From assembly GCA_044225365.1 (NCBI GenBank), contig JBGAIQ010000010.1, positions 93,095-157,094 on the forward strand: a DNA stretch of 64,000 bases. Direction: 5' to 3'. Each line of letters starts with the position of its first letter. Position 1 is the stretch's first letter. The position numbers and the translations under genes were made by a program. Below, piece by piece: positions 45,669-55,065 of the stretch. Origin of the DNA: Planctomycetota bacterium. GTDB taxonomy: Bacteria > Planctomycetota > B15-G4 > JADJEK01. The notes under the pieces were generated by a model that saw only the letters and a program-made list of their open reading frames with translations, did not search any database and had not been told where the DNA came from.

Positions 45669-47264
45669 TCACTGCCTCGGGATCAGTCCGATCGTGATCG
45701 TAGGTGCGCCCGCGATCATTGGAAAACCGTTCATCTCGAATCGCGGATCGACGACCACGAGCAGGTAGGGAGCGTCGAGCCACTTCACCCGGAGGACCAC
45801 GGAACCGTCGGCATCGGAATCGGCCACCGACTCGGCACGCTCTTCCATCTCGGTCCGTGAGAGCACGGCGAGAGGCATTTCATCTTCCGCCGCCGCGATT
45901 TGCGAGATGGCCGCGATGCGGACTCCTGAGACCGGTCGACCCATGAGCGCAATCACCTTCCCACGGATTTCTCCCTGCGTCGTGATCGCGCAGTCTCGAT
46001 GAACTCGGGCGTTATCCTCCACCTCCATGCGATAGGTCTGAGGAGGCCATGTCGGATGCACTTTCACGACCTCGAGGAGTATCCGTAGCAGTTCGCCTTT
46101 CTTCTTATGGCCCCCTGGATTCGCCGTCGCCGGTTCAATCGCATTCTCGAGCGGCGGAGCCACGGTCCATTCGATCACTCCGGCTGCGATGCGGGAGATC
46201 TCGTACGTACCGTCGTCGCGGGTCGAAACGGTTCCGCTCTGCGCCGTCGGAGCCAGACTCCGCCACTCGATTCTCGCTCGAAGGGGCACTCCGTTCACGG
46301 TGACGCGGCCTTCGACCGTGGCGGTTCCGACTTCTACTGGCGCCCGGATCTCGACCCTTCCGGTCGCCAACTCCTCGGCGGTGAGCGTTCGAAGGATGCG
46401 GCGATCCTTCGCGAGGTCGACGGTGAGATGCCCCAGGAGTTCGGGGTCCACATCGAACAGAGTGAATTGGCCGTCGGCATCGGTAAGCGTGCTCGCCGTT
46501 CCCGGAGCCAGGACGTGGAGTTCACCCACGACCTGGTCAGCCTCGGCGTCGATCCAATGTCGATGCCGCTCGCTGTTCGCGATCGAAACGAGAACGCCCT
46601 TCAGCGGCGCCCCGGTTGCATCGAGAACGCGTCCGGTCATTCGACCGAGAGCGCCGACTTCGAGTTCGAGTCGCGCGGTCGAGTCGATTCTCGTGGCGTC
46701 GAATTGGCGAAACGAAGTAGTTCGATTTCCCGCGCGCACTTCGACGAAAAGATGGGTATTCGGCGTGCGACGGATCCCCGTGAAGGAGAACGCGCCCTCG
46801 TTCGCGGTCGAAGTGCGCTCGAGGATCACGCCGTCCCTGGTTCCCAGCAAGACGATAAGCCCCGACGCCGGCGCCCCGCTCCGATCGACGACTCTGCCCT
46901 CGACCCGGCCATCGCGCGGAACGCGAAACTCCGTCGAATTGACTCCCGCCTTGACGGGCGGCACGTACTCGACGAAATCGACCGCGCCCGGCGCGTGCAC
47001 GTGGAAGTAGAGATCGACCCCCACGCGCAAAGGCCGCACTTCGAACTCGCCCTTCGAGTTCGTAAGGCCCTCGCGAAACTCGGGACCCGCCACCGTCTCG
47101 CTGACGGCGACACGGACACCGGCGAGTGGCGCACCCGAATCGGCCGAAACCACGCGTCCCTGGAGAACGGCGACCTCGGGCGGCTTGGCCCACGCTGGCG
47201 TCGTTCTCAGGAAGAGCGAGACCAACAGCACGGACCACGCGATCCCTCCGAACCGCAACTGCAT
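45669..47264 (-). CDS. Carboxypeptidase-regulatory-like repeat secreted protein, paralog 3
   Basis: Signal peptide ending AWA; GRVVSADSGAPL, GRVVDRSGAP, GRVLDATGAPL, GRVTVNG, KWL..YLLVVVDPRF. Confidence 0.8.
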   Translation of the reverse strand: MQLRFGGIAWSVLLVSLFLRTTPAWAKPPEVAVLQGRVVSADSGAPLAGVRVAVSETVAGPEFREGLTNSKGEFEVRPLRVGVDLYFHVHAPGAVDFVEYVPPVKAGVNSTEFRVPRDGRVEGRVVDRSGAPASGLIVLLGTRDGVILERTSTANEGAFSFTGIRRTPNTHLFVEVRAGNRTTSFRQFDATRIDSTARLELEVGALGRMTGRVLDATGAPLKGVLVSIANSERHRHWIDAEADQVVGELHVLAPGTASTLTDADGQFTLFDVDPELLGHLTVDLAKDRRILRTLTAEELATGRVEIRAPVEVGTATVEGRVTVNGVPLRARIEWRSLAPTAQSGTVSTRDDGTYEISRIAAGVIEWTVAPPLENAIEPATANPGGHKKKGELLRILLEVVKVHPTWPPQTYRMEVEDNARVHRDCAITTQGEIRGKVIALMGRPVSGVRIAAISQIAAAEDEMPLAVLSRTEMEERAESVADSDADGSVVLRVKWLDAPYLLVVVDPRFEMNGFPMIAGAPTITIGLIPRQ

Positions 47265-47342
47265 GTGAACCCCCATCGACGATTCGTTGCGATGATGTTC
47301 GATCCGGAGAGACTCCCCGTCAAGGGGGCCCGTCGACGGAAA

Positions 47343-48497
47343 TCAACGCGTCACATTCGTGTATCGCTCATAAGTCTCGAGCGTCAGTACGTTGAGGGCC
47401 GTCGAATACACGGGTCCGCATTCTCGTGAAACTCGATCTTCCACGAGCCATCCGCCGTCGTCGCGTGAGCCCGTGACTCCATGCTGGAGTGCGAGGATCG
47501 TCTCGACGGTCGCGCTCATCCACGCCTCGAACCGCGCGCGCTCCGTCGGCGCGTCGGACTCGAACAGAACGAACCGCGCGAGCGTCGCGAAGTGCCAATA
47601 CGCGTAGTCGAAAGAACGAGCGGTCACATGCGCGACCGGCAGCTCCTCCTCATCGATCCGTCTCTCGACGCCGAGGCTTGCTCGGACCTCCGTGAGGTCG
47701 CGAAGCAGGAAGATCCGCGCGCACGCCGAGGCAGCCGCTGCCGCTGACCCGAGTCGCACGTCGACCGTGGGATCGTGGCGAGCGATTCCGAGAGCCAACT
47801 CGCGCGCGCGCGGAGGATCGTGAAGTCGGGCTCGTCTCGCACAGAACAACGCCAGTGCGACGATGCCATTCACGACCGGTTCGCGCGGGACCGTGGCGAG
47901 ATGATTGATCGCGCGTTGGGCGCCGTCGCGGAGCGACTCATTCGATGAGAAAGAAGAGGACTGGGAGAACGCGAGAACCTCGCAGAGCGCGAGCGTCGCG
48001 ACGGCGCCATTTGCGTGAAGGGCATCGTCCTGGCGGAACGAGCCGTCGGGCTCCTCATGGGCGAGGACGAAGTCGAGCGCGGATCTCGTGATCCTCGCCA
48101 ACTCGTACTTCGCGCCATCGAACGGGTCGATGAAGTATTGCTTCGAGTCGGGGCCGTATCCGTCGCCGAGGAACGCGAGGACGCACAGTGCGGTCGATCC
48201 GACGGCATGCGAATCGTCGCGGCTCCGCCACGATCCATCCTTGCCCTGATGACGCGCGAGCCAGCGCAGACCATTCAGAACGGCTTCCTCTGAATCTCGG
48301 TTCGGGTGAGTACGGCTCGTGCTTCCGTGTGCGCCCCGGAACGGCACTCGCGATCGAAAGACCGTGTCGTTCGCGTACCTCTCATTCGCATCCTCCGAGA
48401 GGAGCGGCGATGGAGGCGTCGTGGCGGGCGGCTCGCGGCAGGCAACAGCGATGAAGAGGAGAATCCCCATCGTCCATCGCCAGCCGCTCCTCGCCAC
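47343..48497 (-). CDS. Shortened prenyltransferase/squalene-repeat toroid paralog, probable lipoprotein
   Basis: ILLFIAVAC lipobox-like; EEAVLNGLRWLARHQGKDGSW, DYAYWHFATLA, YSTALNVLTLETYERY; start uncertain (48470/48497/48512). Confidence 0.75.
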   Translation of the reverse strand: MARSGWRWTMGILLFIAVACREPPATTPPSPLLSEDANERYANDTVFRSRVPFRGAHGSTSRTHPNRDSEEAVLNGLRWLARHQGKDGSWRSRDDSHAVGSTALCVLAFLGDGYGPDSKQYFIDPFDGAKYELARITRSALDFVLAHEEPDGSFRQDDALHANGAVATLALCEVLAFSQSSSFSSNESLRDGAQRAINHLATVPREPVVNGIVALALFCARRARLHDPPRARELALGIARHDPTVDVRLGSAAAAASACARIFLLRDLTEVRASLGVERRIDEEELPVAHVTARSFDYAYWHFATLARFVLFESDAPTERARFEAWMSATVETILALQHGVTGSRDDGGWLVEDRVSRECGPVYSTALNVLTLETYERYTNVTR

Positions 48498-48508
48498 CGG
48501 AACCTCTC

Positions 48509-50263
48509 TCACTGCTTCATCCCGAACGCGTTCTCGTAGCGGTAGTACACCTCGAGCGTCAGCACGTTGATCGCGGTCGAGTAGATCCGGCCCGCGTCGT
48601 GACTCCAGCGATCGCGGGCCATCCACGCACCCTTTCGGCACGTGTTGTCCGATTTCTCCTGAAGCGCGAGCAGCGACTTCGTCATCGCGGTATTCCACGG
48701 GCCCCAGAATTTGCCAGTGTGCTTCGGGCTGTCCGGGCCGTCGATCTGATTGAGTGCGAGCGTCGCGTAGTACCAGTAGTAGTAATCGATCGAGAGCCCG
48801 TCGTCGGAGACGGAAGGGAGACTCTCGGGCTTCACGAGTTGATCGGCGGCGGCGACGAGGAACGGATCCGTCGGATCGTGTTCCATGAAGATGCGGATGC
48901 AGGCCGTGACCGCCGCCATCGATCCCGAGAAGTACTGATACTGATCGTTCGGGCCCGAGAGTTTCTGCCCGGCCTGATCCGGTCGTTGATAACCCGCGAG
49001 CCCATTCGGCTTCCCGACCCATTTCGCGAAGGCGAGTGCGCCGTCACAGGCTTCCTTCGGCACTTCGAGTCCGGCGAGCTGCGCCGACTTGAACGCCATC
49101 GCGACCCATCCCGTGACCGACGCGTCGGCATCGGTCAGCTCCGCGCGAAACGCGGATTCGGATGCGTAGTCCGCACGATGGTCCTCCACGTGCTTGCGCG
49201 AGGTGTAACGCCAACCGAAGCGTGGATTCGAGTCGGTCGGGCCCGGGCGCTGCGCGCTCGCGAGGAACTCGATCGCGCGACGCGCGGGCTTCTTCCAGTA
49301 CGCACTCTTCGTCAGCGCGTAGGCCTCGCACATCGCAAGGGTCGCGATCGCGTCGTTGTACATGAATGGACCTGCAGTACTGAACGAGCCGTCCTCCTGC
49401 TGGTGATTCATGAGATACATGAGTCCGCGCTTCACCACCTCGCCGAAGCGAAAGGTCTGCTTCGTCACGGGATCCACCACGAAGCGTTTCGATTGGTGCG
49501 AGTAGCCGGCGCCGAGGAAGGAGAGGAGCGCGAGACCCGTCAGGCCCTCGTCGTACTGGTCCGACTTGTTGTCCTCCGCGGTGAAGCACCCGCCGTCGCC
49601 CACGCAATGGTCTGCGCTGCCGCGCATCGTCCACGAGCCATCGGCGTTCTGATGGCGGCAGAGCCAAAGCTGTCCGTTCAGCACCGCCTCCTCCGTTTGA
49701 ACGGTGGGGCCTCGGCCCTTTCCCGGACGATGGTTCCCGGGGTTCCTCGAGGTGAACGGAGTGGGCCCACTCCCATCGCGATATCCGTGATCTCCGACGC
49801 CGATGCCGGTGTTGGATCGAGTGAAAGCCCCATTCGAAACGAGCGCAGGTTCGACGCTTGGGTTCGGATCTCCCGAGTCGATGCTGACCGGCGCGACGAT
49901 GTGCTCGTTCTGAAAATCGACGACCTCCAGTTCGTCGTCGTTCGGGATCTTGTGCCGTTCGACGGGCGGTTCGACGGGCGGCGCCTCGGGGATCTCGTCA
50001 CGTTGCGAATGGACCGGAATGACGGGGATCACGACTTCCTTCGGTCGTTCGGACCGCACGTAGCTCATCCCGAGAATCGCGATCACCGCAAGGTGCGCCG
50101 CGACCGAGATCACGACCCACGGTGAGTTGCGAACGTAGGCGCGCAGCGCGTCGATCCTCGTCCGCTGCGGTCGCAACGAGTCGCCACCTATTTCGGACTC
50201 TGCGGTCGCTACTTCCTCTTTCGTGCCGATCTCTCGTCGCTCACGACCCATGGCGTCACCCAT
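48509..50263 (-). CDS. Prenyltransferase/squalene-repeat toroid protein with SxxxH TM anchor; close paralog of 27696..29522
   Basis: RNSPWVVISVAAHLAVIAILGMSYV, DASVTGW, YYYWYYATLALNQIDGPDSPK, TLEVYYRYENAFG nearly identical to the first copy; start 50251 or 50263. Confidence 0.88.
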   Translation of the reverse strand: MGDAMGRERREIGTKEEVATAESEIGGDSLRPQRTRIDALRAYVRNSPWVVISVAAHLAVIAILGMSYVRSERPKEVVIPVIPVHSQRDEIPEAPPVEPPVERHKIPNDDELEVVDFQNEHIVAPVSIDSGDPNPSVEPALVSNGAFTRSNTGIGVGDHGYRDGSGPTPFTSRNPGNHRPGKGRGPTVQTEEAVLNGQLWLCRHQNADGSWTMRGSADHCVGDGGCFTAEDNKSDQYDEGLTGLALLSFLGAGYSHQSKRFVVDPVTKQTFRFGEVVKRGLMYLMNHQQEDGSFSTAGPFMYNDAIATLAMCEAYALTKSAYWKKPARRAIEFLASAQRPGPTDSNPRFGWRYTSRKHVEDHRADYASESAFRAELTDADASVTGWVAMAFKSAQLAGLEVPKEACDGALAFAKWVGKPNGLAGYQRPDQAGQKLSGPNDQYQYFSGSMAAVTACIRIFMEHDPTDPFLVAAADQLVKPESLPSVSDDGLSIDYYYWYYATLALNQIDGPDSPKHTGKFWGPWNTAMTKSLLALQEKSDNTCRKGAWMARDRWSHDAGRIYSTAINVLTLEVYYRYENAFGMKQ

Positions 50264-50436
50264 TTCCGAAGCGCCGAGCTTCGGATTCCTTCGAGTTCGA
50301 ATTGTCGCGGGTCCCGCAGCGGGGGTGGGCCGACTCGGATTCGATCGGCGCTTCTCGTCTCGCGTCTCGCGAACGGCCGAGGGGAACGAGGGTCTCGCCC
50401 CTTGGTTTGACGATTCCGAAAAAAGGCGTCGCGGGC

Positions 50437-51879
50437 TCAGTTACCGGGAGACTTCGTCATCGCCGTGACGATGGCATCCATCTCGCCGCCACGAGCTTCG
50501 ATCCCGCTCTCGTCGAATCGAGGATCGACCACCGTGATGAAGCCCGCCTTCGCGGTTCCTGGCATGAGCAGTTCGAACTTGCCTTCCTGGTCCGCATCGC
50601 CTTCGAGACTCGCCGGGGTCTCGCGTTCGGCGACTTCGGTGATTCGCAGGTGCACGCCGGGCACGACGCGACCCTTCTGATCGAGCACGACTCCGCGAAC
50701 GTGTTTGCCGTCGTTCGTGAATGCGAACTCGTGCTGCACCACCCGATTCGGCGCGGCGACGACGACGATCGACTTCTCCTCGTGATACTGCATCTCGCGC
50801 ACGAGGATCTCGACGGACCCGACCGGCAAGCCGCCGAACGAGGTCGCCTCGGGTGGGCGGAATTCGCCGTAGCCTTCGCATTCCTTCTGCCGCCAGCGGA
50901 CGAGAGCGCGCGTGGGCTCTCCGTTCAAGGTCACGGCCAGGGTGAGCGTCGCCGAGCGATCGAGGGGCGGCACGGTGAGGTGAACGTCTCGCGATTCACC
51001 CGTGTTCTTGAACGGCTCGATCGCACCGCGAACTCGCACACCATTCGCGACGATCTCGACCTGGGAGTAGGGCAAGGGAGGAAGTCCCGCGAACACGCCG
51101 TGCCCCGCGTCGTCGAGCGTGGTGACGTTCTCGCCGAAATCGAGGAGGCTGACCCCGCTCGGCAGCTCGAAGGGAAGGAATCGTGGCAGATCGATCTGTG
51201 CGCGGTTCTTGGCATCGATGGTGAGGAGGACGCTGGTTCGAGGAAGCGCGGCGTCCCCTTCCGAAGCGGTGACGTCGACCCGGCACTCCTGTCCCACGAC
51301 GAGGGTCTGCTCGACGTCGTACGGAGTATTCCCGACGCGCAGTCGAACGGAGCGACTCGTGCCGAAGCAGCCGTCCTTCTTGGCGTAGAGCGAGAACGCG
51401 GTCGTCTCGCGCTCGGCGGATCCCGTGAGCGTCACGTGCCCGTTGGCGTCCGTCGTCCCGGCAGGGAACGGCAGGGCGAATCCGCCGACGCCCACGCCCT
51501 CGACCGGCTTCTTCGTTTCGGCGTCGAGTACGAGCACTCGAACCTGGCGCGACCGATCGAGCTTGAAGTCTCGAACGTTCTCGCCGTCCTCGAAGCGGCC
51601 GAGTTGTCGCAACTCCGGAATCGATCCCGCGACGGCGAGGAACGCGTTGACTTCGTCGTTCATCGGCGGCGACTCGATGCGATAGACGCCGTCCTTGTCG
51701 GTCTCGCCCTGGGGCGAGAACACGATCTCTCCCACTCGCAACGTGACCTTCACGCCTGCGATCGGCTTCTTCGTGAAGATGTCGGTGATCTTCCCCGTGA
51801 GGTAGGTGCCGTCGACGTGCGGCGAAGCCAAGGCGATCGATGTCGACGTGAGGACGAAGAGAAGAAGGAACGAGCGCAT
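50437..51879 (-). CDS. Carboxypeptidase-regulatory-like repeat secreted protein, paralog 4
   Basis: Signal peptide MRSFLLLFVLTSTSIALA; GKITDIFTKKPIAGV, TDKDGVY, VTLNGEP..VRWR, GVVLDQKG, TVVDPRF. Confidence 0.8.
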   Translation of the reverse strand: MRSFLLLFVLTSTSIALASPHVDGTYLTGKITDIFTKKPIAGVKVTLRVGEIVFSPQGETDKDGVYRIESPPMNDEVNAFLAVAGSIPELRQLGRFEDGENVRDFKLDRSRQVRVLVLDAETKKPVEGVGVGGFALPFPAGTTDANGHVTLTGSAERETTAFSLYAKKDGCFGTSRSVRLRVGNTPYDVEQTLVVGQECRVDVTASEGDAALPRTSVLLTIDAKNRAQIDLPRFLPFELPSGVSLLDFGENVTTLDDAGHGVFAGLPPLPYSQVEIVANGVRVRGAIEPFKNTGESRDVHLTVPPLDRSATLTLAVTLNGEPTRALVRWRQKECEGYGEFRPPEATSFGGLPVGSVEILVREMQYHEEKSIVVVAAPNRVVQHEFAFTNDGKHVRGVVLDQKGRVVPGVHLRITEVAERETPASLEGDADQEGKFELLMPGTAKAGFITVVDPRFDESGIEARGGEMDAIVTAMTKSPGN

Positions 51880-51890
51880 AGTCCTGATTT

Positions 51891-52238
51891 CTACGAAGGA
51901 GGTTCCTTGGCGACTCGCCCGCCACGCAACGCCCGCCAGATTCGAGACCAGACTCCGACCTTCACGGGGACGGACGAATCGATCGACGTCACACCGGTCT
52001 TGTGGCATTGCGTGCAGTAAACGAACAGACGGACGATTCCAGGAGTCGCAGGATCGATGTGACGCCGCCATCGCGACTCGCGCAACTTACAGAACGGACA
52101 GTAGACCTTGCCGGCGTCCTTCGGCCCCATCACGAACGCACGCGCCTCGCGCGCAATCGCGTCGATCTCGCTCTGCGAGTACCGCTGCGCGTTGTCGAGC
52201 TCGCCGAGCTTGTCCGGACCGGGCACGCCATCCATCAT
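51891..52238 (-). CDS. Small (115 aa) CxxC...CxxC Zn-ribbon-like protein
   Basis: 3' end of listed ORF 51891..53267; ATG overlaps the upstream stop (ATGA); YCPFC...YCTQCH. Confidence 0.65.
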   Translation of the reverse strand: MMDGVPGPDKLGELDNAQRYSQSEIDAIAREARAFVMGPKDAGKVYCPFCKLRESRWRRHIDPATPGIVRLFVYCTQCHKTGVTSIDSSVPVKVGVWSRIWRALRGGRVAKEPPS

Positions 52239-53887
52239 CGATCCTTCGATAGCTCGTACAGGCCGATCGTGGGAAGGAACGCCGCGCCGCGGCGGATCGG
52301 ATGCTCGTAGAGGGGAGCGAACATCGCGATGCGGTCGTAGTTGCTCACGTATTGCCGCATCGACGGCGGAAGCCCTGCGGGCAAAGGATGCGGGTCGAAC
52401 GCGGTCACCATCGGATCGTAGTGCGCGAAGACGATGAAGCGCGGCAGATCGTCGCCCGGTTCCAATGTGGGCAGCGCGCTGGGTGCGGAGTACTTCGCTA
52501 CGACACGCGCCGGGATCTCGACGTTCGAGAGCGGGAACTGCAGCGCCGCGATCACGCTCGCTCCTTCGGGGAGCGCGGTCTCGAGATACGCCGCGGCCCG
52601 CCCCTGCGGGTCGTCGAGCAGCATCGCATCGACCTCGATCGCCCGTTGCGCGCGCTCGCCGAGCAACACGAATGCGATGAGCAAACCAGGAAGGCGCAGG
52701 ACGCGATGCCGCAACAACAGCGAAAGACCGATCGCCGCGGCGATGAACAGCAAGAGGCTGATCGGCAGCGTGAATCGTTGATAGCAGTATCGAATCGGTG
52801 CGAGGAAGCTGAGGTGATAGGACAGTGCGGGCACCAGGATCGCGCCGAGGGCCACCTTGTTCTTCCTCGCCATTGCGATGAGCCCGGCGATCGCGAACAG
52901 GAGCAGCGGAGCGCCCATGGCGTCGAGGACGTGCAGTCCGACTTCGTGCGCGAGTTCGACCTGTCCGACCCACGACTTCGGATAGAGCTGATACGCCTCC
53001 GAGCCCGCTCCGAAGATGTGATCGAGGTGCGCCTTCACGCCCGCGGTGTCGAACGGAAGTCCGATCGCGAGCGCGTACGTGACTCCGCCCGCGACGAGCG
53101 AGAAGACGACCGCGCGAATCGGAAAGGGCGCATTGGGGCGCGGCGACCACGAAGTCCAGCGCAGGAGCACGAATGGGATCGTGAAGAGGAACCAACCGTA
53201 GGCCTGGTCCTTCGTCGCGATCGCGAGCGCCGCCATCATCGATGTCAGTAAGAGCCGCCTTCCGCACCGGCGGTTGGCAGCGGCAAACGCGAAAGCGAGC
53301 GCGAGTGCGCCGAGCGCGAGGTACATCACGTCGACGTTGAGTGTGTGGGCGTAGTACACGACGGGATACGCAACCGCGGTGAGGAACGCCGCGAGGAAGG
53401 CCTCGAGCCGACCCGTGATCTCCCGCGCGAGCAGGAACATCGCGAAGACGAGGAGCACGCCCATCGCCGCGGAGAAGACCCGTCCGACGAGGATCAACGC
53501 CGAGAGATCACGCTTCCATCTCGAGAACCGATCGCGCGGCGCGACGATCGTGGATCTCGGAGCACTCGCGTCGTGCGAACGCAGACACTCCACGATCTCG
53601 TGCGCGATGCGCGAGCCTTCGGAAGGTCCGTGCCTCAGGACGAGGTACGCGCGATCGAGGAGGCCCGTCGCGAGGGGATGCAGTCGCGGGTACTTGATGC
53701 CGGCGAGATCACGCTCCCCGAATGCGTGTTCGACGGCGTCGAGCGCGATCGCGGGGTGGATCGAATCGACCGAGGGATCGTAGTGCCGGGGGAGGTAGAA
53801 GCCGATTCCGACCGTGTCGAGCGCCGCCGCGAACAGCAGGAGGATGAGCAACGAAAGGCGTTCGAGTCGCGAGTTGAACACGGCCAT
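52235..53887 (-). CDS. GT-C fold (ArnT/PMT, GT39/83-like) membrane glycosyltransferase
   Basis: Many TM helices; YP.LHP, GRVFSAAMG, YYAHTLNVD, LAIATKDQ, RFTLPI motifs. Confidence 0.8.
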   Translation of the reverse strand: MAVFNSRLERLSLLILLLFAAALDTVGIGFYLPRHYDPSVDSIHPAIALDAVEHAFGERDLAGIKYPRLHPLATGLLDRAYLVLRHGPSEGSRIAHEIVECLRSHDASAPRSTIVAPRDRFSRWKRDLSALILVGRVFSAAMGVLLVFAMFLLAREITGRLEAFLAAFLTAVAYPVVYYAHTLNVDVMYLALGALALAFAFAAANRRCGRRLLLTSMMAALAIATKDQAYGWFLFTIPFVLLRWTSWSPRPNAPFPIRAVVFSLVAGGVTYALAIGLPFDTAGVKAHLDHIFGAGSEAYQLYPKSWVGQVELAHEVGLHVLDAMGAPLLLFAIAGLIAMARKNKVALGAILVPALSYHLSFLAPIRYCYQRFTLPISLLLFIAAAIGLSLLLRHRVLRLPGLLIAFVLLGERAQRAIEVDAMLLDDPQGRAAAYLETALPEGASVIAALQFPLSNVEIPARVVAKYSAPSALPTLEPGDDLPRFIVFAHYDPMVTAFDPHPLPAGLPPSMRQYVSNYDRIAMFAPLYEHPIRRGAAFLPTIGLYELSKDR

Positions 53888-54012
53888 CCGAACGTTTCGG
53901 GGGTACCATTCGCTCCGCTTCGTTGTAAGGTCGACCAAGGCCGATCGCAAGCGGAACGCGAGCGACGGCGTTTGCGCACCGTCATGGGCGCGCTACTCCT
54001 CTTCCCTGCGAA

Positions 54013-55065
54013 ATGACGAACACCGCACCCACGAACGAGACCGCGCGCGAGACCCAGAACGCAACCCAGATTGCTACTTGGGTCCGAGCTGACGATTCGC
54101 GTCCCTACTGCGCGCGACCGTGGAACCAGATCGCGGTGCTCTCGGACGGGACGGCGGTCTGCGCCTGCATCGACGCCGAGAAGACGAATCCGCTCGGCAA
54201 CTTCAAGACGCAGACCCTTGACGAGATCTGGCGCGGCCCGCGGTACGAAGGTCTGCGGCGAGCGATCCGAAAGGACATCGACGTCGTCCCGATCTGTCGG
54301 GGTTGCCCGAATCGCATCGCGGCGCCCCCGCCGGGCGCCGAGGTCCCGCTCCCGCAGAAACCGCGCGCGCTCTACCTCGAGTCGTACGCGGGATGCAATC
54401 TCGAGTGTCCAGGGTGCAACCGCCCGGGCATCGAAGGCAGCAGGACCGAACTCGCGCTCGACTTCGCGACCTACACCAAGATCATCGATTCGCTCGCGCC
54501 CGACCTCGCCTACATGGAGTTCCATCTCGGCGGCGAGAACTACATGCACAAGCAGGCGTCCGCGATGGTGCGCTATTGTCGCGACAAGAATCCGCGCTGC
54601 GTCATCCTCTCGTCGACGAACGGCCACTTCTTCCACACCGACGAACGCGCGAAGGAAGCGCTCGCTTCCGGCATCGACTGTCTCGTGTTCTCGGTCGATG
54701 GCGCGCGGCAGGACTCGTACGAGAAGTACCGCGTGAACGGCCGCATCGATCGCGTGTTCGACGGCATGCGACGACTCGTTCGCCTGAGGCAGGAGCTCGG
54801 GCTCGAACGGCCGCTGATCGTCTGGCGCTACATCCTCTTCTCGTGGAACGATTCGCGCGACGAGATGGACCTCGCGCGCGCTCTCGCGAAGGAGATCGGG
54901 GTCGATCACCTCGCGTGGCACCTCAACGCGGTCGAGAGCCAGCAGGCTTCGACGCGATATTTCGTCGGCTCGAAGCACCTCGCCGAGATCGAACACGAAC
55001 TCTGGGACACGCTCCCGCGGCGCATCGGTGCGAGCCTCGACGTCGACTTCTCGGCCTACACGTGA
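54013..55065 (+). CDS. Radical SAM protein with N-terminal SPASM/twitch domain
   Basis: CARPW..DGTAVCAC.D..LGN..TLDEIW..CRGC followed by CNLECPGC, GGEN, STNG, FSVDG. Confidence 0.88.
   Translation: MTNTAPTNETARETQNATQIATWVRADDSRPYCARPWNQIAVLSDGTAVCACIDAEKTNPLGNFKTQTLDEIWRGPRYEGLRRAIRKDIDVVPICRGCPNRIAAPPPGAEVPLPQKPRALYLESYAGCNLECPGCNRPGIEGSRTELALDFATYTKIIDSLAPDLAYMEFHLGGENYMHKQASAMVRYCRDKNPRCVILSSTNGHFFHTDERAKEALASGIDCLVFSVDGARQDSYEKYRVNGRIDRVFDGMRRLVRLRQELGLERPLIVWRYILFSWNDSRDEMDLARALAKEIGVDHLAWHLNAVESQQASTRYFVGSKHLAEIEHELWDTLPRRIGASLDVDFSAYT

Noticed and set aside
27696-50263. Diversity-generating retroelement TR/VR pair suggested by similar toroid 3' ends
   Set aside because: Both copies are full coding paralogs, differences are not adenine-specific, and no reverse transcriptase is present
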